64,000 nt of DNA from the human T2T-CHM13v2.0 reference genome, Homo sapiens. Below, in pieces: positions 50,796-64,000 of this stretch. Every line of letters begins with the position of its first letter. The stretch's first letter is position 1. The notes beneath the pieces are model-generated. The model was not told where the DNA came from, did not search any database, and saw only the letters and a program-made list of their open reading frames with translations. Position numbers and translations under genes: made by a program. Location of the stretch: the NCBI RefSeq assembly GCF_009914755.1, contig NC_060932.1. One strand, given 5' to 3'.

Positions 50796-50945
50796 CTCAT
50801 TTCTGAAATTTTAATTTTGAAAAAAATGAGATGGGGTCTTCCTATATTGTCCAGCCTGGTCTCAGACTCCTGGCCTCAAGCGGTCTTCCCAGCTTGGCAT
50901 CCCAATCATGCCAGGATTATAGGCATGGGCCACCAAGCACAGCCA

Positions 50946-51171
50946 GAAATGCCACTGATTTTTGTATATTGATTTTGCATCCTGCAACTATATTAAATTC
51001 ATTTATCAAATCTAAGATTTTTGGTGGAGTCTTTAGATTTGTCTAGGCATAAGATCATGTCATCTGCAAACAGGGACAATTTGACTTTCTGTTTTTCAAT
51101 TTGGATGCCTTTGATCTATTTCTCTTGCCTGATTGCCCTGGCTAGGACTTCCAGTACTATATTGAATAGGA
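50946..51171 (-). mobile_element. Old L1 ORF2 fragment (preceded by an Alu monomer at ~50825-50945)
   Basis: AAATGCCACTGATTTTTGTATATTGATTTTG...ATCATGTCATCTGCAAACAGGGACAATTTGAC...GCTAGGACTTCCAGTACTAT. Confidence 0.75.
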
Positions 51172-51642
51172 CTCTCCTACCTCTTTGAAGGCACTGTACT
51201 TTGTGGCTTTGAGACGTAATCAGACTGTTCTTTCTGCCTCATTTGTTCCTCTCTCTCTCTTCACTTGACTAAGAATTACCTTCAGGTCACTTCTTTAAGG
51301 GAGACTGCCCATCCCATGGAACTCTGTACTTTGTGCTTCATGTCAAGTTGTTTTGCAGAAGGTGTGTTCCACGTCTGCACTCCTACAGGCAACTATTGTC
51401 CATTCTTTTAAATCTCAGCCATTTTGTTAGGCAAGTGATAGTATCTCATTGTTGCCTTAATATGTATTTTCTTTGAGTCTAATGAGATTGGACATATTTT
51501 TATGTTTTCTGTCCATTTGAGCTTTTCTTTTGTGGCTTTCCAACTTCCCTCTTTCATTTATGTTTCTGTTGGTGTGATCATAGCATTAGCATTCACCTAA
51601 CAGCATGGTTGCTGCATGCCCAGGATTAACATATGTGAGGTG

Positions 51643-52950
<1,308 letters not shown>

Positions 52951-53334
52951 GTGTTCCAGGCACTGGGGTTTCAGCATCAAAGAAGACAGAGAAAGTCCCT
53001 GCTCTGATGGATTAAAGCAGGAGGCAAAAAAATAAGATCTAATATAAACCTTTATTTATTTATTATATTTATATTTATGTCAAATTAGAAATGCCTATTT
53101 ATAGTAAGACACAAATAAGATAGAAGGAAATAAATAATAGTAGTGATAGGGTAGGAAGAAAATAAATAGGGTGGGGTCATAGAGCGTGATGGAGGCTTGC
53201 TAGGGAGGTCTGGAAGGCGGAAAAGGTCTCTCTAAGGGGGTAAGACCTAAACTTGTGCTGAGGTCTGAAGACAGGAAGAAGCCAGCCTTGCAGAGGTAGA
53301 GACTGGCAAGTATGCAGTGCAGAGGCCCTGAGGT

Positions 53335-53700
53335 AGCCATTGTGGTTGCAGGAGTTCACAGCTTGTAGCTGCATCACTGTGACCTCAGCCTTGGTCTTCA
53401 CGTAGCCTTTTCCTCTGTGTGTCTGATCTCCCTCTGCTTCTCTCTTATGGGACACTTGCGGTGGCATTTAGGGCCCTCCCAGCTAATCCAGGACAAGCAC
53501 CTCATCTCAAAATCCTTACCCTAATCACACCTGCAAAGGCCCTTTCTCCTTATTAGGTAGTATGAGGTTGGTGCAAAAGTCATTGAGGTTTTTGCCATTG
53601 AAAGTAATGACAAAAACTGCAATGACTTTTGCACCACTTTAATATTTTCAAGTTCCAGGGATTAGGCCCTGATATCTTTGGGTGGCCATTAGTCAGCCTA
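53335..53700 (-). mobile_element. MLT1 LTR fragment carrying a MADE1
   Basis: TTTAGGGCCCTCCCAGCTAATCCAGGA...CTCATCTCAAAATCCTTA. Confidence 0.65.
53563..53642. mobile_element. MADE1 (Hsmar1-derived 80-bp MITE)
   Basis: GGTTGGTGCAAAAGT...GAAAGT spacer...ACTTTTGCACCA; 80 bp with TA on both sides. Confidence 0.92.
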
Positions 53701-53832
53701 TGATCACATGGCTGAGGATAGGAAGAAGGTGGGATCTGATGGAAACATATGAATGTCAGGGAGAAGCAAAGATGGGGTGGAGAAGCAGCAGGATCACACC
53801 AGGGTGGACCATAATAATCTTAGAGATATTGA

Positions 53833-54263
<431 letters not shown>

Positions 54264-54569
54264 CTTCTAAAGGACATTTCATCATGTCAGTTAGTGATCT
54301 CTGCAAGCCACAGATGTGGAGGGCGGAGAAGATGGGGGACCCCGTGAGAGGCTGAGGCATGCCCTCTGCTGGTCAGCATGGCCACTGTTTGTAACCTTCC
54401 AGGTGCAGTCATCTCAGAAAGTGAGAGGCAGTGAGCACGGTGGTCCGGAGCCAGGAGCTTGGAGCCAGTCTGCTCGGGAGGAATCCTGGTTCTGACACTT
54501 AGTCACACAGACTTAGGCAAGTCGCCTAATCTCCTGCACCTGATTTCTTCTTCTTCTGTAAATAATATC

Positions 54570-55113
54570 AGCAGTTGCACTTCTGGCTACCCCCAAAGAA
54601 GTGAAAGCAGGGGCTGGAAGGGATGCTTGCCCACCTGTGTTCACAGCAGCACTATTCAGAATAGGCAAAACGTGGAAGCAACTCAAGTGCCCGTCAAAGG
54701 ATGAACGGATAAACAATGGCGGCTGAATGTACAAGGGAATATTATCTAGCTTTAAAAAGAAATGAAATTTGGACACATGCTACACACAACACGGGTGAAG
54801 CTTGAGGACATTATGCTAAGTGAAATAAACCAGACACAAAAAGAAAGTACTGTGTGATTCCACTTATATGAGGTACATAGAGGAGTCAAGTTCATAGAGA
54901 CAGAAAGTAGATGGAGTTGCCAGAGGCTGGGGAAGGGGAGGAGGGAATGATTGCTTAATGGGCATAGCATTATGGTTTTGCAAGATGAAACCATTCCGGA
55001 GGTGGATGGTGGTGATTATTGCACAACAATTTGTGTGCATTTAATTGGCACTGGACTGTACACTTACAAATGGTTAAGATGGCAAATGTAATGTAGATTT
55101 TACCACAATAAAA
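54570..55113 (+). mobile_element. L1MB-type 3' end
   Basis: CTTGAGGACATTATGCTAAGTGAAATAA...GATTCCACTTATATGAGGTAC...ACCACAATAAAA. Confidence 0.75.
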
Positions 55114-55267
55114 AGGGAGGGGGATGATAATAGTATCTGTTTATTGTGAGGATTAACTGAGCTGATACGTGTAGAGTATGGGGCAGTGTCCAGAAGCAGC
55201 AGGTGCTCAGTGAATGTCAGTTATGATTGTTCTCTAAACACATTCACCTTAGTAAGATGCACACTCA

Positions 55268-55574
55268 TTTTATTTCTATGTTTATTTTTTTTGAGACAGG
55301 GTCTTACTCTGTTGCTCGGGCTGAAATACAGTCGTGTGATCACCGCTCACCATAGCCTTGACCTCCTGGGCCCAAGTGATCTCCCACCTCAGCCTCCCGA
55401 GCAGCTGGGACTATAGGCATGTGCCACTATGCCCCACCAATTTTGTTGTATTTTTTGTAGAGGCGGGATTTTGCCATGTTCCCAAGCTGGTCTTGGACTC
55501 CTGGTCTTAAGTGATCCTCCTGCCTCGGCCTCCCAGAGTGGTGGGATTATAGGGGTGAGCCACCATGCTTGGCT
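55268..55574 (-). mobile_element. AluJ
   Basis: Diverged dimer. Confidence 0.85.
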
Positions 55575-56006
55575 CATTTTATAAACAATTGTCCCTAAGA
55601 GTCCACCATCTGGGCTTGTCCCCACATGATCCCTCATGTGACCCTCCAGTAGCCACCATAGTTGCTTCTGAGGTGTCTCTCATTCTCCCCTGAAAATGGG
55701 CAGAATCAGTTAACTTTCACTTAAGAGTTTTTAACCTTAGTTATAAATTAATCCGTTTTGTCGACAAAACTTGAGCCAAGACTCAGCTGACAATAGTCAG
55801 AAGTGCCTCAAGTACTTAGGTATTATATGGTCTGAGGACGGTTGGGTAATCCAGGTCTCCCATCAGGGAGCAAACTCCAGCCAGCCCTGAGAGGCAGGAG
55901 GTGCTTGGGCTGAGCTTGGGGCTGGGTGCCAGTGCCAGGCACCCTGGGTCTGGGCAGCACCCTCTTCCTGGCTTTCTGATCTGGTGACGACCCCAGTGCT
56001 GTTATC

Positions 56007-56309
56007 TTTTTTTTTTTTTTTTGAGATAGCGTCTCACTCTATAGCCCAGACTGGAGTGCAATGGCAAGATCTCAGCTCATTGCAACCTCCACCTCCCAGC
56101 TCAACCGATCCTCCCTACCTCAGTCTCCTGAGTAGCTGGGACTACAGTTGTGTGTGATTGTGCCCAGCTAATTTTCGTATTTTTTTGTAGAGACAGAGTT
56201 TTGCCATATTGCCCAGGCTGGTTTCGAACTCCTGGACTCAAGTGATCCACCCGCCTCTGCCTCCCAAAGTGCTGGGATTACATACAGGTGTGAGCCACTG
56301 CACCCAGCC
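56007..56309 (-). mobile_element. AluJ
   Basis: Poly(T) plus dimer; inverted partner 227 bp downstream. Confidence 0.88.
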
Positions 56310-56535
56310 AGGCAGCTTTTTATTAGACTTTCACTAGGTCCTTGTAGGTGGAACCTTAGTGGTCACAGTGGGCCAGGAGGGTTTGGCTAGTTTTGGCCTT
56401 TGTAGCCATCTTTGAATTACACTATTAGTAGATCAGTCTGGTCTCTAAAAGGAAAAAGACCACAGTCATTATTGGAGTTTGACTATTCCGTTTAAAATGT
56501 AGCTTTTAAGTGAGGTACATCATAAAGGATCTACT

Positions 56536-56845
56536 GGCTGGGCACGGTGGCTCACGCCTGTAAGCCCAGCACTTTGGGAGGCCGAGACGGGCAGATCACT
56601 TGAGGCCAGGAGTTTGAGACCAGCCTGGGCAACATGGTGAAACCCCATCTCTACTAAAAATACAAAAATTAGCTGGGCATGGTGGTACGTGCCTGTAATC
56701 CCAGCTACTCAGGAGGCTGAGGCAGGACAATCACTTGAACCCGGGAGGCGGAGGTTTCAGTGAGCCAAGATCACTCCATTGCATTCCAGCCTGAGTGACA
56801 GAGCAAGACTCTGTTTAAAAAAGACAACGAAAACCGAAAACAAAG
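56536..56845 (+). mobile_element. AluS/J
   Basis: Dimer with A-rich tail. Confidence 0.9.
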
Positions 56846-58577
56846 AACAGGTGGAGTCTACTGACTTGCATGAGTCAGGTAATTCATTGACCGGAGCTGG
56901 TCAAAAAGATGGGTTGATCCTTACTGTGGAAGCTCTCAGCTGCCCTGCAATACTTTGGAAATAAACCAGGCAAAACACTGCTCAGTGTGCTGCACTCCAG
57001 ACACAAACAGGAAGCTGCTCTTTCTCTGCTTCCCTCCCCCACAATCAGACTCTTGTAACTCTCTTTTCTTCTTTTTCTAAAATGAATCTGGGAGTTTCCT
57101 TTAGCCCCTGTTTTGTGGTCGCCTCCCATACACGTTTTATCTGTCCGTGGCATTTTCTTTTATTTATTGAAAGCACGGTGTCTTAGATCAAGTCTTGAGA
57201 AACAGAACCTGAGACAAACATGAATGTGGTTAATTGAACGAGCGCTGTGCAGGAAAAGCTGCACTGGAGAGAGGTAAGCGGACAGATACGGGGAAGAGCT
57301 GGGCCCAGCAAAGATGAGGTCTCAAGTAAAGCTTATGTTTGGCTTAATCCACCGGGGACGGTTCTGGAACATAAGCCACACCGCAGAGCTGTGATGTCAC
57401 ACCTTGAGGCGAGGGCCTTGCCTCCTGGTATCAGTCAGTCCTGGCTGTGGGGAGCAAGGTGGCTCCACTCAGTGCAAGGCCATCCTGGGCAAGGGGCAGC
57501 CCCCCTCACCGCAGTGGCCTGGCAGTGGGGCCCTGGGTCCGGCACAGCTCCTCCTTCGCACAGTGCTGTCTGCTCGCCCGGTGTCTTTCATGCCGTTTCC
57601 CAACAACTTCCCTCCTCTGCCTCCTGCTCTGCATTGCACAGTGCAGCGAGGTTGCCAATTCCATAGTTGTAGCGGCTGTGGGGGAAGGGGCAGGCGGGAC
57701 AGGGGAGGCAGCCATCTAACTTTTGTCCTGACTCACGCAGGCCTGGCCTGGTGTTCAGAACACAAATGTGAAAAATCAGACCGGGAAGATCACGGGAGGC
57801 AGGAAGCATCTGGTTTGCAGGTAGGGAAGTGACAGACCCCGCGGATGCCATGCACAAGGGTACACAGTGGAGTGGGGATGAAATCAGGGCGGAAGTGCAG
57901 GGCTCCTGAGCCCGGGGCTGGGGCTGTTTCCCCAACTGTCCGCTGCCTCTGCTGCCTCCTGAGATCGTCTCCTTCTGCTGTCTGCCCGCTGGAACTTATT
58001 TTTAGTTTTAATTTTTTCGAGACAGGGTTTTAATCTGTCACCTGGGCTGGAGTGTAGTGTCGTGATCAGGGCTGACTGCAGCTTCAACCTCTCGGGCTCA
58101 AGTGATCCTCCCACCTTAGTTTCCCAAACAACCAGGACTACAGATGCATGCCACCAAGCCTGCCTAATTTATTTTTTTATTTTTCAATTTTTAGTAGAAA
58201 TTTAAAAATCCCCCAGTGTGGCTGATTGGCTGACAGCCACACTGAAGCTTTATTCCTGCCTCTCCTCACTCAGCAATCCTCATTCCTCAAATACCTCTTC
58301 TCCCTGTTGTCCAAATGTCCCCTGTACTTCAAGACCCATAGGTCACATCCTCCAAGAAATCTTCCCAGTCCACACTTATCCTTCTTTTAAATCAGGGGTG
58401 CACACCCTGGTTACATGTTACAATCACCTAGGAAGCTTTAAAAAATAAGATTAGGGGTTAGGGAGAGGGGACCAGACCAGCTGAATCAGACTCTCTGAAA
58501 ATAGGACCTGGGCATTTGTAGTTTTTAAAGCTCCCATGTCATTCTAACATAGCCAGGATTGAGAAGTACCGTTCTAA

Positions 58578-59015
<438 letters not shown>

Positions 59016-59988
59016 TAGCAGCTTGTGCCTGAGACCTCGACAAATATCTGGGGGATAGATTGGCTTGCAGAGCACATTCTGCCTATAGAAATGAGTTAGC
59101 AAGTTTAGTCAGCCATTGTAGATTTCAAAGGGTGAGAAGCCTAGCCAGAGGTTATAATATAGCATGATATCCTCCTGGAAATGGAATTCTTCACTTGCGA
59201 TGCATTTTAGGAGCCGCTGCTCTGTGTGAGCCACTCTGCTAGGTCCCAGCATGCATGATATTATTCTACACAAAGAATAATATCAGAGCTCACAGCCTAT
59301 GCAGGAAGTAAGCAATTAGTTACAGCGTGATGTGTACTGCAACCCAGGTAAGTACACAGTGTCATGGATGCTTCCAGGAGGAAGTCATAGTCTGACCAGG
59401 AAGTTTGGGAATACTTCTCATAGGAAGCAACAAGCTACCTGGAAAGATCTAGAAAGATGAACAGTACCAGTGTATTGATTAGAAATGCGTTCAGCAGCAA
59501 GTCATAGAACACATGACTAGTAAGGTTTAAACAAATAGAAGGTTATTTTCTCATATAATAAGCCCAGAGGTAGGCACTAAAGGTGGTACATTGGCTCAGT
59601 GGTGTTGGGACTAAGGTTTCTAAAATTCTCTTGTCCTCTAAGACATGGCTGCAGGTTGGCTGCAGCAGCTCCAGGCATCGTGTCCACACTGAAAGGAGAA
59701 AGGGGGAGGCCAGCTATGATTTCCCCTTTTATCAGGAAAGCAGAAACCTTCCTGTGGATTTCTGCTTATATCCCACTAGCCAGAACTGGGTCATGTGGCT
59801 ATCCTTAGCAGCAAGGGAGCCAGGAAAGAGAGGATTTCACTTCTCCAGCTTCTTCTGTATATGGGAGGGCAGGTAGGTGAAGGGGGCTAGACTGAATCCT
59901 GTGTGAGCCAACTAGCAGGCAGAACATTTTGCATAGAACTGCATTTGCAAAAACATGGAGCTGTGAAAGTGTGTGGAACATTTACAGG

Positions 59989-60371
<383 letters not shown>

Positions 60372-60775
60372 TGAGACTCTTCAGACCCTTGAATGACATG
60401 TTGAAGAGCTTGGAATTTTCTTATAGAACGTAGGTAATCAATAGAGAGGTTTCATCCGAGGAATGATAAAAATCCATTTGGGAAACAGAGGCGGTGTGGA
60501 GGATGGGTCAAGAGAGAATCAGAAGGCAGATGATTTACAGCAATCCAGGCCAGATATCAGGAGGGCCTACTCTAAGATTGCTTTTAGCATAGCTACTGGG
60601 GAAGAGTCGGGCAGGAGAGCCCAGAGGCCCCGCATGTGATGGAAACAGCTGCCCAAACTGCATCTTCAGGTAAATATGGCAGACCATAGTTCCCCCTTCA
60701 TAAAGGCCTCTTGGGCGTGTTTCCTGGAAGGAAGAGGTGGGAGATGTCGCCATGCTCAGCACATCCGTGAGGTGT

Positions 60776-61220
60776 TGCATTAGTCTCCTGGGGCTGCCGT
60801 AACAAAGTACCACAAAGCAGATGGAAACAACATGCATTTTTCCCCCCACAGTTCTGGAAGGTGGAAGGCCAGGATCAGGTGTCAGGAGGGTTGGTTTTTT
60901 CTGGGGGTTCTGAGAGAATCTGAGGGGAATTCCATGGCTTTCTCCCAGCTTCTGGTAGTTGCTGGCAATCCCTGGTGTTCCTGGGCCTGTAGACACGTCA
61001 CCCCCATCTCCGCCTCTGTTTTCATGTGGCATCCTCCCCGGTGCGTGTCTGTGTGCCCCAACCCTCTTGTCTTATGAGGCCCACTCTAATCCAACAGGAC
61101 CTCGTCTTTACATAATCAGATCTGCTAAGATCCTGTTTCCAAATAAGGCCATGTTCACAGATACCTAGGGTTAGGACTTGGACATATCTTTTGGGGGGAC
61201 CCGATTCAACTCACAACAGG
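60776..61220 (-). mobile_element. MLT1 (B/C/D-like) solo LTR
   Basis: TGCATTAGTCTCCTGGGGCTGCCGTAACAAAGTACCACAAA...CACAGTTCTGGAAG...GATTCAACTCACAACA. Confidence 0.8.
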
Positions 61221-61623
61221 TGTTTGAGGGCAGCTCTAGTTGAGAGTGTCAGAGAACCTCTGGCTTAAAGGAGGAACAGGGAGTCTATCTGCTTGCAATG
61301 TCTGAAGTAGAGTGGAGTGGCTTTACTGTCCTTGGTAGAGAGCATGTCCTGCTTCATTCTCAGGAAGGATCTCACTGTGAGGTGGCTACGATTACTCTCT
61401 GCCCACCCTGGTTGCATCTGGCTTACAGAAGACAATCCCAGAAGAAACAGTCTCCCCCAAAGTCCGCAGCAACCCTTCCACTAGGAGTCTACTCCTGCTT
61501 ACACAAGGCCCATGCTCACGCCTCACCCCACTGCTGTGTCCAGGGCTTCGTGGTATCCTGATGGGCTAGCGTGGGTCACACTCCCACCCTTTGAGCCATG
61601 GGCCCACCTAGTCCAAATCATAA

Positions 61624-62004
<381 letters not shown>

Positions 62005-62236
62005 AGTAGTGCTCTTTCTTTACCTCTGCCCAAATGAGGGCAAGGAGATGAAGCGTGGCTGAAAGCATCAGCCTCTTCCCAGCTGTCCTGATTGCATGGG
62101 CCGCTTGTCCACTGGACAGGTACTTTTCCTGCCGGGCCTGCTCGTGTGGTTTGGACAGATGCCCAACTGTCAGGCTCACTCTGTTCTGTTCAGGGAGCTG
62201 GCATTTGCTCCAGTTTCCTCACCTGCCCACAGGGCA

Positions 62237-62360
62237 GGTGTGTGTCTGTGCGCCCCAACCCCCTTGTCTTATGAGGCCCACTCTAATCCAAAAGGACCTC
62301 ATCTTTACATAATCAGATCTGCTACGATACTATTTCCAAATAAGGCCATGTTCACAGATA
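62237..62360 (+). repeat. 124-bp local duplicate of 61040-61163
   Basis: Ungapped match with 8 mismatches by manual count. Confidence 0.9.
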
Positions 62361-62847
62361 TATGAATGGTAAGAGCCAGTGGGCCAGGTTGCCCATGTGA
62401 GGGAGCCGGTCTCCGCACCTTGAATTTCTCTACTGTTCTGGCCTCCGGGGCCATGACATTGAGGACGGCTGGCCACTGGGCATTGCTCCTTGCACCATTT
62501 TCTCTGGGACTCCCTGATACATGTGAGGTTCTTCTTTCTCAGGCCTCTTTGAGGTGCAGGGACCCCCCCGCCCCCATTGCCTAGTACTCCAAACTGGCCT
62601 AGGTCTACCTCTCCCAGCCCAAATGTCCTGAGGTCCGTGACTGGATTATGACTTCATAAACACCCTTCCCCCACCCTCACCACCACCACTTCCAGCATCT
62701 GAGCTGGAAGACTGCCCGTGTCCTTCCAATCCACTTCCCTTCCCTGTTGTTCATCCTCACATTTCTCTAACCACAGGCCAGCAGAGCTAGAAAAAACCCT
62801 AGGACAACTAGTCCAGCAACGGCGAAACATTCATTTTAACCTTAGTT

Positions 62848-63760
<913 letters not shown>

Positions 63761-63788
63761 CTAGTAAATACACAGGTCCTGTTTATTC

Positions 63789-64000
<212 letters not shown>

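Noticed and set aside
57247-57935. Cluster of overlapping 90-140 aa ORFs in a GC-rich patch
   Set aside because: No recognisable domain or convincing splice structure. It may partly be an old LTR or an enhancer, but the sequence alone cannot support that.

Overview
This is primate DNA, most likely human. It holds the BNIP3L (NIX) mitophagy-receptor gene on the + strand, recognised from the translated exons. The window opens in the GC-rich start of intron 1, so exon 1 lies upstream. Coding exons 2-6 are at 7807-7990, 11795-11867, 24564-24667, 24791-24940 and 26929-26977, and the 3'UTR runs to about 29690. Intron 3 carries a full-length, sense-oriented L1PA2-like LINE-1 (12178-18185) with a 14-bp TSD. 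Its ORF1 and ORF2 are dead, its antisense ORF0 is intact, and it has a probable 3' transduction. The downstream ~34 kb is repeat-rich intergenic DNA (Alus, MaLR/MLT LTRs, old L1 fragments, a MADE1 MITE) with a processed DNAJB6 isoform-b pseudogene interrupted by a chimeric insert. Most ORF-track entries are Alu/L1 artefacts. I see no evidence of a wholly new biological system. The best leads are retroelement rearrangements and possible alternative BNIP3L products (LIR-less, TM-less, circRNA-encoded). Repeat subfamily calls and consensus comparisons are from memory, and their boundaries are approximate.
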